The position numbers and the translations under genes were made by a program. This document shows, in pieces, positions 37,303-49,763 of a stretch of DNA of 64,000 nucleotides; the first letter of the stretch is position 1, and each line of letters starts with the position of its first letter. Origin of the DNA: Hypanus sabinus (lineage: Eukaryota); NCBI RefSeq assembly GCF_030144855.1, contig NC_082715.1, positions 146,320,001 to 146,384,000 of the forward strand, read 5' to 3'. The notes below the pieces were generated by a model. That model saw only the letters and a program-made list of their open reading frames with translations. It did not search any database and was not told the origin of the DNA.

Positions 37303-40300
37303 GGGGTGTCAGGGAGAGGAAGTACCACTGACGGGTAACACGTCGAACTCTTCTGAGTAGTTCGCCCGCATTGGTCCTCACCTGACACTCAGCTCTCACC
37401 AGTGGTTCCTCGTAGCTGTTTGCGTGCAACAGCGGCCACACCCCGGGCAACGGCTTCGACTGGCCGGTAAAACTGGGTGAGGGTAGCTGATGGGCCTCAA
37501 ATCCTCAGTGAGTTAGGGCTTGTCCACCTACGGATGCGAAGACTGAATTCGGCGGACTACGCGGAGGAGACCCCCAGTTGGCGGTCCAACGAGTAGAAAG
37601 GCGGATCCAGCAAAGCGTTGTGGAGCGCAACCAGGGCACGATGAGACACGTAGAACCCTGCTGGCCGCCCACTGCATCCCGACTTATCTCCAGCCGTCTC
37701 GACTCCGTCTCGCAACTGGGTACAGATAGGCCGGGACGAGAGAGTGAGGCTGACGATTTGCGCAACTCTCCCTCACTTTAATCCAAATCCAGCGCAAATC
37801 ACGACTCCAAATCCATTCCACTAAAAAACTTCAAGTCTTGTGGCGATGTGCGAGTGGCGAAGCAGCAGGTTTGGATATACTGGAAGCTGTAGTCACAAAC
37901 CTGCACACAGGCGGCCCAGGGCATTGGGTCATTCTCCGCTGGAATGAAGCAGCAGTGGAGCTCGGCTGCCCCCTGGGTGTCTGAGCAGTCCTCTTTGGGA
38001 ATCGCTCTGCTCACCTCCATGGAGGAAGGGGCTAGAAAAGGTGCCTCAAACATAGCCTGCTTCATTTTACCCTGGCCGGCACATCGCGGCTGGCGGGGAT
38101 CCCACTCAGCGGTCGAACTACAAAGAAAACGAAAGTGAAGGTGCTCAACCTTAGCACGTGGAACGTGCGAACTCTGCTTGACATCACCAAGGCTGTCAGA
38201 CCAGAAGGAAGAACAGAACTGGTCGCCAAAGAACTAGCCCGCTATAACGTGGACATTGCAGCACTCAGCGAAACCAGACAAGGGCCAGCTTACAGAAGGT
38301 GGTGGTAGGTACACCTTCTTCTGAGCGGTCGCCGCAGCACTGAACGACGAGAGGCTGGCGTTGGATTTGCCATCCGGTCCCACCTCGCTCGTAAAACTTG
38401 CCAAGCTTCCAGAGGGCATCAACGATCGCCTGCTGACGCTTCGGCTCCCACTCGGCAACAAGACGCTGATCAGCGCATATGCCTCAACAATGACCAAGCC
38501 AGATGACATCAAAGAGAAATTCTATGAAGAACTTGACTCCCTCATAGCAGCAGTCCCACAGTCAGAGAAGCTTATTGTCCTCGGGGTCTTTAACGCCAGA
38601 ATGGGACAGATTACCGGACTTGGGAAGGGATTCTTGGAAGACATGGTATTCGCAAGTGTACAGCTATGGCCTACTGCCCCTCAAGACATGAGCTACGCAT
38701 GGCCCTGTCATCACCAACACCTTATTCCGCCTCCCTACCCGGAACCAGACATCTTGGATGCATCCACGCTCTGGGCACTGGCATCTGATGGACTATGCCA
38801 TCACCAGAAAGAGGGACTGACAAGATGTGAGAGTGACAAAGGCCATGTGTGGTGCCGACTGCTGGACGGATCATCGACTCATAGTGTCCAAGTTTAAAGT
38901 TCGCATCCTGCCCGTGAGAAGCCCCCAAGGTCAGAAGACTGCAAAGAGGCTCAATGTCTCCAAGCTGAACAGCAGAGTAGTTGCAGAAGAATTTCGTGAA
39001 GACCGAGATAGCAAACTGCATGACACACCCCAGGATGACCAGACCAGCATTGAAGAGCAGTGGACGGCTTTCAGAGATGCAGTCTACTCTACCGCTCTCG
39101 AACACTTCGGACCAGCAATGCGTAGACATCAAGACTGGTTCGATGAGAACGGCGAGGAGATACAGGCACTGTTGTCAGAGAAACACCAACCGTTCAGAGC
39201 GTACCTGAATGACCCCACATCATAAGCCTTCGCCAGTGCAAGACGGAAAGTGCAGAAGAAACTCCGTGAGATGCAGGATGTCTGCTTCAGCAATAAGGCC
39301 GATGATATCCAGGGCTACGCAGACAGTTTTGACAACAATCGTTTCTACGACGCTTTGAAAGCTATGTATGGACCTCCGTCCTCTGGCTCCTCCCCCCTCT
39401 TCAGTGCAGATGGGACTCGGCTGCTGACAGAGAAAAAGCATATTTTGGAGAGATGGGCTGAACATTCAACCAGGTCCTCAACCGCCCTGCCGAAATCAAT
39501 GATGAGGTCATTGCTCACGTACCTCAGGTGGAGATCAACCTGGACCTTGACAAGCTCCCTACAGAAGAAGAAGTCAGAAAAGCCATCAGGCAACTTTCTT
39601 GCAGCAAAGCACCAGGGTCAGATGCAATCCCTTCTGAAGGCTACAAAGCAGGAGGACCATTCATGATGCAGAAGCTGACTGAACTCTTCCAGTCTATGTG
39701 GAATGAAGGAAAGGTCCCGCAACAGTTGAAGGATGCCAGCATAGTCCACATCTACAAGAGGAAAGGCAACCGCCAGTCTTGTGACAATCACCGAGACATC
39801 TCCCTCCTGTCCATAGCTGGGAAGTTCTTGGCTTGCGTCCTGCTTAATCGCCTTCTCCAACACCTTGAGCAAGGTCTCCTCCCAGAAAGCCAGTGTGGCT
39901 TCCGTGCAGAGCGTGGAACTGTCGACATGATATTTGCTGCACGCCAACTTCAGGAAAAATGTCAAGAGCAGCACAGCAACTTCTTTTTGACCTTCGTCGA
40001 TCTGACCAAGGCATTTGATACGGTCAGCAGAGATGGCTTACGGAAGATAATGGTGAAGTTTGGCTGCCCTAGCAGGTTCATCACGATTGTTCGGTAGTTC
40101 CACGATGGTATGATGGTGAAAGTTTTGGATGATGGTGTCGAGTCAGAAGCCTTCCCAGTGAGGAACGGTGTGAAGCAAGGATGCGTTCTCGCCCCCACCC
40201 TCTTTAGCATGGTCTTCTCTGCTATGCCGACTGATGCCTTCCGCGATTGTCAGGATGGTATACACGTCAGATACCGGACTGGCGGTGGGCTATTCAACCT

Positions 40301-41045
40301 CCGGCGTCTACAGGGTGTTACAAAGGTAAAGGAGACCTTCTTCAGAGACCTCATGTTCGCTGATGATTGCGCCCTCAACGCCAGCACAGAGCAGAAGATG
40401 CAGAGAGAAATGGACTGCTTCTCACGAGCCTGTGACAACATTGGACTTACAATCAGCACCACAAAGACCGAAGTTATGTAGCAGCCAGCACGCGGAAAGC
40501 CCTATCAGGAATCACACATCACAGTAAAGTGGCAGACGCTACTGGCAGTAGACAGCTTTACTTATCTGGACAGTATTCTATCACGAGCGGTGAACATAGA
40601 TGCAGAGATCAGCAACAGAATTGCCAAAGCCAGTGCTGCCTTTGGGAGACTCCGTGAGAATGTATGGGAGCGGAGAGGACTCCGCCTTACCACCAAGCTG
40701 AAGGTTATTACCACCCTCCTCTATGCCAGCGAGACCTGGACTATCTACAGCAGACACGCTAAACAGCTCAATCATTTCCTCCTGAGCTGCCTCCGCAGAC
40801 TTCTCCACGTACGATGGCAGGACAAGGTCCCGGACACGGAGGTCCTGGAGCGGGCTAGCACCCACAGCGTCTAATCCCTCCTACAGAAAGCACAAGCCAG
40901 ATGGCCTGGCCATGTCGTCAGGATGTCTGACAGTCGACTAGCAAAACAGCTGCTGTATGGAGAGCTGAGCCAGGGCAAGCGCCCAGTTGGAGGGCAGAAG
41001 AAATTTTTTAAAGTCTGCCTCAAAATGTCCCTCAAAGACCTCAAC
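37303..41045 (+). mobile_element. RTE-clade non-LTR retrotransposon with 5' UTR; ORF (~38130-41045) broken by stops and frameshifts; 3' end missing
   Basis: APE start STWNVRTLLD...ELARYNVDIAALSETR; KAPGSDAIP; ESQCGFRAERGTVDMIFAARQLQEKCQEQ; FVDLTKAFDTVSR; GVKQGCVLAPTLF; MFADDCAL. Confidence 0.92.
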
Positions 41046-42155
41046 AACAATAGTTCATGTATTTCACTGTAATTCGAAGCGGAACACCTGGTAACCACGG
41101 TTATTTTTAAAAATATTAAAATGCCGCTTCGGTTGGAATCATTTTGAAACTGTGACTTTAAAAATAAAGATCTAACATAAAATGACTACTTCAGCAAGTT
41201 CAAATTGTGGACATACGAAAGAATAAGAATAGGAGCAGGCTGACCAGATCTCCGGTCTCCGGTTTCTGTCATGTCTCGACTCATTTGATTCTCTTAAAGA
41301 TCTTCCGGTCTCAATCTACTTGAGCATCGATAAAATTTCTAAGGAAACTAAGGATTAAATGTGCATCGAGAGAAGAATGTTATCTTTTTTTTCCAGTCCT
41401 CAATATCCGAACCTATTATCCGAACACTACAACTTTCAGCTTCCACAGAAAACAAGCGGGACTCGGCTCGGAATTTAACTTGGTTGCTCACAAAGATTTT
41501 AGATGTTTCAATAACATTACCTCCCTTTCATCTAAATGCCATAGAAAATAAGCCGTATATATTCGTTCACATAAAGTCGCACTTATTCTGGAAGCAAAAT
41601 CTGCTGCACTTCACACAATATGAGGATCGTCCCAGACCCACCAATTTTGCCACTTCTATATTTATCAATCGTCTCGGTTGAATGTGTTCCTTCATGACAA
41701 ATGACTGTGTGTCTGTGTGTACTTTAATAGCTTTCATAGCTCTTTCTTTTACATCAGGGCAATATCATTAAAGAGAGATTTAAAATATATTTCTGCTTCA
41801 TTCGGAACTCGAAAGAAAAGTCATGAAAACATGTGCATATCAGAGTGGATCGTTAATGTTATTGGGTAGCTGTGGTCGAAATTATCAGCAGTCTGGCAAG
41901 AACCAAGAATGCAATCTTCAGTTTACGGTTATTTGATGAACATCTAGGAATGCCTCTAACTGAGATTAATTAACATTGGAGTTTGAATTAAGAATTATAC
42001 TCATTTAATAGAATGGCATTTAAAACTGACGAAATTTAAATGACGATTCTGAACGCAAATACTGAACTGCAAAAGAAAAATGTTTTAAAGCTATTTTAAT
42101 GAAGGAAAAACGGATAAAATAAGCTTTTCATCTTTATTAAGTTTGAAATATAGTT

Positions 42156-42478
42156 TTAGATACAGCTGGACCTCTCGATCGTTGCTACAAACGGGTTTGC
42201 TAGAGCCTCGTGTTTAACCACGCAGCAGTAACGATCTTGTGAGCTCCATTCTGGGGCTGGCAGAGTCAGGTAACTGCTCACACTGAACGTGTTGTCCGTG
42301 TCCTGAAGGACAGGGCTCGTCTCAACGCCATCGCTTTTCGTACGTCTGTCCACGGTCCACTCAATGCCCACAGCTCCCGGATTAAAACGGCTCAACAAAC
42401 ACACCAGTGTCGCTGTACCCTTTCCCGTGATTTCTTCGGCTGAAGGCCGGAAGAGAGCGACTGCTGGGCTCCGAGGAT
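42156..42478 (-). CDS. IgL constant exon, cluster C (open frame, canonical acceptor)
   Basis: (N)PRSPAVALFRPSAEEITGKGTATLVCLLSRF...SSCI*; 323 bp. Confidence 0.95.
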
Positions 42479-45400
42479 CTGTTTAAAAGAAGGTGCCAGT
42501 TTAGTATAGGTTGAGTAACTGTTTCTGTTAAAACATTTCTTTTGTTTAAAATGCATTTTTTATTTCATGTATTCCTTCATCGTAATGAACAACTATTTAT
42601 TTTCCGTTTTCCCATTTCAATCTGTTAAATTAGACGTGAAAAAATTACCACCTAAAATCTCCGGTGATGCTTGGTTTTTTGTGACACTGGGGCACAATAT
42701 GTATAGTGGCGTAAAATGAATGATTTCGGCTGAATTCCAGCATTGAATGAATGAATGAAATTAATATATTTCAGTCAGTACAAAGATAACAAAAAGCATC
42801 ATTAAAACGATGATTTCATAGGACAAAATTACAAGAAAAAACACAGATATTCTTTAAAACAGACCGACAGGGTCCTGCTTATGACGCCTAACCCTCTTAC
42901 TTACGTAACAACATATTTGGAGTCAATGATCACATCAACAATAATTGATAATCTTTTTACACAAAATCCAATCCCAAATATCATATATTATATTACTCCC
43001 ATTCATTTTAAATTATGTATTTTATATTTGTTCATTAAATAATTTTTCAATATTTTTTAAACTTAAGTGTAGTGCATGTTTTTAGATTCTTACTACAACT
43101 GTTCCATAGATTCACCCCTCTGACTGAAATATAATGATTTTTCACATTTGTTCTTATCCTCTGATTTTGAAATATACATGTTCCTCTCAAATCATGTTGA
43201 CTTTTTCTCATTCAAACAACCTTTGGATACTTTGTGGTTGTTGTCCATTGGATTGAGGTTGAATAAAAATCTGAGGTTATTCCTGGCTACTGATTGTGGC
43301 TTCCATTGGGTCCTAAGCTTCCACCTTTTCTACTTCTACCTTAGACACTTTCACTTCATTCAAATCTTCAGTCATTAAGACCAGAGGCAGAAGTCCAATA
43401 CATGTTTTGCTTAAAATCGGGGCTTAGTACACGGAGCTCTCAACCTTTTTTATGTCATGGACCCCTACTATTAGCAGAGAGATGTATAGACCCGAGACTG
43501 GAAACCCCTTGAATAGCGAATTTAATTCATCTTAGCCATTGGAATACAGAGTTTGCTTTGCGCAATATAAAATTACAGACTGCTTGTACAGTAAATCATT
43601 TTTGGACAGCTTAAGATTCATGTTGAAAGTTACACGCTTTGTTTCTGGAATATTATTTTTTCCACTTAAAGCAAATAATTCAAATCTGGTTTGTGGAGTG
43701 TAGCGGATCTTTCTACTTACACTCACCACTGACGAAACCATTTTCTTACAATTTTCACGACCTAGGTGGTAAATAAAGGGAATACAACTGTGTTCATCTA
43801 ATATGGTTCAGAACTACCGCTCAACGTGGTTTACTTTCAGATTTTCAAGTAATTTCTCGTGCAAAGTTGAAAATCTCACTGTTCTGTGGTTGTATTTTTT
43901 AGGGTAATGACAACTTTTATGATAGATTAATTCCTCTGATTTACTTCCCGTTATGCCGCTGTCGTTCAGGGCAGTAGTAAAGATCCTCAATCTATGTCTA
44001 CAGAAGGAGTCGCAAACAGATAGAGAGGGATGTTTCATTGCGATTTCCGTAACAAACTTTGACCTGCCAGGGTTGTTATCCCTGTGGTGAACCCCTCAAC
44101 CTGCATGGGGAAAGGAGCACTCTTAGTCGGCCCTCTACCCTTTGACCTGCTGGGCACAGTTGACACTATCAAAATCCAAAGCGCAAGCCCATAATACTCG
44201 CCGACATAGCACTCTGGGTCAATCAGCCACGCATGTCTTCAAACCCTACGATAAGGTAGTCCTCTTGGAAATTGATTTCCACATGGTGACTCAAGTGCTC
44301 ACGATTTTAAATTGCCAAGTTTCAGTATCACAATTGGCAGAAAAGTCTGTCTGTTATGTTTGCACATATTGACATTCCAAAGTAAGAGAGAAATAATACC
44401 AACAGTTGAAAACATGAAATACTAAAAGGCGTTTGCTAATAGCCATTAACAATTTCAGCATGGAAAAATGTCATCTCAGCCTTTCTCGTCCGTGCCGAAC
44501 GCTTACTCTTACCTAGTCCCAGCTACTCGCACTCAGCCCAAAACCCTCCAATCCTTTCCTGTCCATATACCTACCCAATTTTTTTTTAAAATCACAAAAT
44601 CGAACCTGCCTCCACCACTTCTACTGGAAGCTCGTTCACTGAGTAAAGAAGTTCCCCCTCCTGTTACCCCTAAATTTTTGTCCCTTAACTCTCAACTCAT
44701 GTCCTCTTGTTTGAAACTCCCCTGCTCTCAATGGAAAAAAAACTATCCACGTCAAGTCTATCTGTCCCCCTCATAATTTTAAATACCTCTATCAAGACCT
44801 CCCTCAGGCGTCTACGTTCCCAAGAATAAAGACCTAACTTGTTCAACCTTTCTCTGTAACTTAGGTGCTGAAACCCAGGTAACATTCTAGTAACTCTGCT
44901 CTGTACTCCCTCTATTTTGTTGATATCTTTCCTGAAATTCGGTGACCAGAACTGTAGACAATACTCCAAATTTGGCCTCTCCAGTGCCTTGTGCAACTTT
45001 AACATTACATCCCAGCTTCTATACTCAGTGCTCTGATTTATAAAGGCCAGCATACCAAAAGCAATAAAGATTGAGAATTTCTATTCTAATTTCTGCGAGC
45101 CACTCTTCGAAGCCCGTTCTGGTCGTAAATGGTGCAAGTTTGTTCAGATTTCATTCAGATTCAAATTTAATTCTATACAGCAAAACACTGAAGGTCGGTA
45201 AAAAATCTATTGGCGGTTTAATAGAAACATTTAACGGCTCAAACTGGCGATGAAAAGAATTAAATATAAAATAGGACAATGATTAATCTAGCAGTTAGTC
45301 GTCTCAGTGACATCTCACGGAGTTTCTCTCTAATTGATGGACTAATTGATCCATTGTTTTTGATATTCTGTTACTCTGGGCACTTCAAGAATTTGCATTA

Positions 45401-46045
45401 ACTGCCTTGTTCATTATTATCCATGTCTGTGTTGGCAAATATGGTACCAGTTTTGTTACTTTTTCGAAAAATGTAAGGAGACACCGGAACAACTTGACGA
45501 AGGTGGCGAATGATTAAAAAAAATCATATTTTCAGCATGTCGGAGATAACTAGATAATGAGGAAAATTTCAGAAAGATTCTAGCTTATTGCATTGGAACC
45601 AATCGCCTTCATCATCTATCTTTCTTCGTCTATGCAAGTTTGTGATTTTTAAAGAACCCTTCAGTGACCAGTGATCAGTAGCTAGCAGATAGATTGGGGC
45701 ATCGGCCCAAAATGGTGTCATCAGCAAAGGCGCATCCACCAACTGATGCAATTAAAATTCGGGAATTTAGGATTTTACTTATATACTAATGATAGAAATA
45801 ATTCTGCACCTGGTTTAGCAATTAGCATTTCGGCTTCCACAAAGCCAGCTCAAACTATAGAAACAACAGAGCGGCATTTGGCGGTTCGGCCGCGCGAGTT
45901 CAATTAAATTATCAAAGGACCGTTACTCGTGGCTGGATATTTGAAAACAGCCACCATTTGTTTCGAAGCCACCCTTAGAAGACACAGTTTTAATTATTGT
46001 TCACGTAAGTACCAAAAGGACAAGCGCATTGATTTGATCTTTTAC

Positions 46046-46392
46046 TGCCAACTCCCAGCCTCGTTCCTTTGCCGAAGATGTTAACATTATTTATCCACAC
46101 AACACAGTAATAGTCTGCCGCATCCTCCGACTGGACGCTCGATATTGTCAATGTTGCCGTGTTGCCGGATACTGAGCCGTCGAAACGGTTCGGAACTCGG
46201 GAGTCTCGGTAAATGCTGCTCCCGAATAATACCAGAACAGATACCGAGGAACTTTTTCGGGAATCTGCTGGTACCAGGAAACAGTGCTACTTCCTAAAGA
46301 GGTTCCAGACATGGTGCAGAGCATCTGGACGGTCTGCCCCGGAGATCTGGATTTCGAAGGTGATTGATTCATTGCAACTTCCGCGTTGATAT
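46046..46392 (-). pseudogene. Germline-joined VJ exon, cluster C, frameshifted
   Basis: 1-bp deletion in the C-run at 46221-46223 (CCC versus CCCC in A and B). The corrected frame continues ...[22 protein letters not shown]. The donor is GTAAAA after a 4-bp loss. Confidence 0.92.
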
Positions 46393-46516
46393 CTGGAAAC
46401 ATTCAGAGGGAAGGAAAAATATACCGAGATTAATATTCGAGTAATACCAGAAGTGCGAGAAAAATATCATTGAATAGTATTCGAGATTCAATATAATATC
46501 CATAGAAAATACTCAC

Positions 46517-46565
46517 AAATTGCAGTGAACACCAGCGTACTGACTACACGAACCCAGCAAGACAT
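46517..46565 (-). pseudogene. Leader exon, cluster C; its promoter octamer is mutated (46675-46682)
   Basis: Intact 49-nt leader. The plus strand reads ATCCAAAT instead of ATGCAAAT. Confidence 0.9.
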
Positions 46566-47993
46566 TGTAATTAATTGAGTGAAGCTCACAAAAGGAGCGT
46601 CGGTCAATTGGCGTCTCAACCTTCCAGTTCGCTTTTGAATCCTGTGACGAGCTGGCACTGCGTGTTCGCTATTTATCCAAATCAGGTCAAGCAGAATGGC
46701 ACAATGACACCAATCACAAGTTGCCAACTTTTTCCTGTGTCAAATTAATTTCAAGTTGTTAGCCAGATAAGCATTTGGTTTCGCGTTGTGTATTTCGCCA
46801 ATATATTTTAGATAAAGAACTTCTCCTTTCGTCCCTTCAGTTGCACGCGATATTAAAAATACGCAAACTCGCTCCAATATTAAAGATGGTATGTCCGAGA
46901 TTTTTGAAACCAAGAGATGATGAGAAAAGTACTGGTAATTATTAACAGGTCTGTCGGATTGTCAAGGAAGGCCAAGCCACTTATCTGTATATTTTTAGAA
47001 AACTCAGTACCAATCCGATGTACAGAGCTTGCAAAGATTTTTGAAAGCTTATTTTTCAGCTGCTCCCTAATCACCCCACTTTAGTGAAGATATTCAGAAG
47101 GAAAATTGAGAGGTATTGAATCGAGCAGACTGCTTATTGCGTGTTGTGAATCAATTGGATTCAGCTGGTGCCGAGGGTAGTTCACTATAAATTCTTACAA
47201 CCTTAAGTCAATATGGGGAACTATATTTGCATGTCACCACAGGTGCCTTATTCCATTTAATGTACATAGCATATAGCAAGGTGAAGATTAGTCTCTGCCT
47301 AAGGAGATGTAAGGCGTTCCGTCCCACCGCTAGCCTGCAGGTGACCCTGAGGTAATGTGTCACAGCTGCTTAGCCCCGCGATCAATGTCACGTGATGCAG
47401 TCGAGCAGGCAGCGTAAGGTCGTATGAGCAACTGGTGCATAGCAGAAGGCCTGGTTATGCGACCACTGACCACAGGCAGACAATCTCTGAAGAGTATTGA
47501 CAATGGCTGTGTTCAACCGACTTGAAAAGAAACTGCCTGGGAGAAAGAAATGGCAACCACTTCTGCAGAAAAATTGCAAAATATAATCTTGAGGTAGATC
47601 GCCCACGTCATACAACGGTGCACATTATGCTGATGATGAGTTTATAAGAATTAAGCAGACATTCTGGAAGTGAATGTTTTAATTTTTTTCGTCTCACAGA
47701 TCAGGCAGTACAGGGAAATAAATGCTTCGGCCTTAATAATGGTCAAAACAACGAACATAGCAAATTACGAAGGATATAGGTTTGGGACATGAAGAGCTAT
47801 TAGCAGAATAATGCAGTGTAGATCAGGTATATAAGCCATGAATGTTGTTATCCTATTTTCAGAGACTTCACTCACTCCTCAGAGAAGAGAAGAATAAACT
47901 CTACAGTTTTGTGTCATTTTCAGGGGCATAAAAAGAGAGGAAGTTTAACGCAATGGAATTGAAAGCGACAGATAGAATAGATTATGCCAGGCC

Positions 47994-49763
47994 CAAAAGG
48001 CATAAAACAATTGTTCAAAAATAAATCAGAAAATCTTAGCAATCCCTTAGTTTTCCAAGCCAATTAAGCTTGATCTATAATGGAAGGGTGGAAAAAGCAA
48101 TTAAATGCAATAGGACTACTTAAAACGAATTGAGTCAACACGAAAAATTTCCGAAATTGAAACCATATACGTAAAGTATGTTTAACTATCGGGTTGTCAA
48201 TTCGTTTCGGCAATTCAGAGAGAGCAAAAGGGAGAGAAATCCCTAAAATAGAACCCAGAGCATAACCTGATACAGATTTAATTTCTAAACTCATCCAATG
48301 AGGGCCAAACGATCCACCCCAATCTTTCAACCAACATGACAAATATCTAATATTAACTGCCCAATAATAAAATCTGAAATTTGGTAATGCTAACCCGCCT
48401 TCCTTCTTTGTCTTCTGTAAATATATTTTACCTAACCTGGGATTTTTATTTTGCCATATAAATGAGGAATATATATATATTTGGACAGTTGTTTTATGTC
48501 TTTTGAGCAATTATCCAACAAATATAACTTGCCTAGATTTCATTTTCTTTTTAGATTTTTACAGATTAGACATTTTTTAAGTACTGTACTCCCTACGTTT
48601 CCAAATTTTGTGCCTTCAAATATTTTGGAGAGTTTGTTTGAATTAGACCCTTTTCAAAAAGGGCTTATTTCAAAACTTTATAATATAATTGTGAAGATAC
48701 GTTCAGAGCCCCTTTATAAGACCAAAAAGGATTGGGAGAGAGAGCTTAACCTTATTATTCCTAGTGAGAATTGGGATAGAATTCTTCAGTTAGTTAATAC
48801 GTCATCGATATGTGCCAAACATTCATTAATACAATTTAAGGTCGTACATAGGGCCCATATGTCCAAGGATAAATTAGCTCATTTTTACTCTTACATAAAT
48901 CCTATTTGTGATAGATGTCAATCTGAAATCGCGACTCTAACTCATAGGTTTTGGTCATGTTCGCTTTTGAAAAAATATTGGAAATATATTTTTGATATTA
49001 TTTCTGCAGTTTTGAATATTGATTTACAACCTCATCCTATTACCGCAATTTTTGGTTTACCAATGATGGACTCACTGCATTTATCTTCTTCCGCCCGTCC
49101 AATGATTGCATTTCTAACTCTGATGGCTAGAAGATCTATATTTTTGAATTGGAAGGAAATTAACCCTCCCACTGTATTTAATTGGTCTCTCAAACTATGT
49201 TATGTTTAAATTTAGAAAAAATTAGAAGTGGTGTTTTTGATACTTCTATTAAATTTGAAAAGATATGGAGACCATTTATTCAATATTTTCATATGATGTA
49301 ATATGACCACGTTCCAAGTTCATTTGACTTTCCAGCTTTTAGCTTATGTATGTTGAGAGGACCGGAAGTGACGGCACTGATGTTTATTTATTCTTGTGAG
49401 ATATTAAAAACATCCCATTTTTTCTCCCAACGTTTCTTTTTTTTTCTTCTTTTTTATTGCTTCTCTTTTCTTCTTTATTAGTCGTTAGATTAGTAGATTA
49501 GTTAATTGTGCATTATGTATATATATTTTTTTCTTTTTTCTGTTTTTTTATATCATATATTATGAAATATCTAGACTTACTATGTTCATACATATACTGT
49601 ATGGTTTATGTCTTGGTAAAGCCATTTATACTGTAACTATTGTTTATGTCTTTTTTCATCTGTAATGGAATGTGTATGTTTGTAATTTTTTAAATTAATA
49701 TATCATTTGTATTTTGTCCTCATGATTAATAATAATAATAAAAAGATTGAGAAAAAATGAAAA
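47994..49763 (+). mobile_element. 5'-truncated L1-clade element with an inverted 5' segment and a 15-bp target-site duplication
   Basis: TSD AGATTATGCCAGGCC at 47979-47993 and 49764-49778. The minus-strand part encodes KEGGLALPNFRFYYWA; the plus-strand part encodes the Cys-rich C-terminus (CDRC...H..WSC). T-rich 3' UTR and (AAT)n/A tail. Confidence 0.93.

Noticed and set aside
37395-37495. Canonical twister or HDV-like ribozyme call in the RTE leader
   Set aside because: The twister L4 (UCCCAAGC-like) is absent. For the HDV-like fold, P3 has a G-G mismatch, I found no upstream P1 partner, and there is no catalytic C in the J4/2-like GTAAA. Kept only as an unclassified structured RNA.
46221-46223. 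Cluster C frameshift as a homopolymer assembly error
   Set aside because: Possible in isolation, but two other independent lesions (octamer, donor) in the same gene favour a genuine pseudogene.
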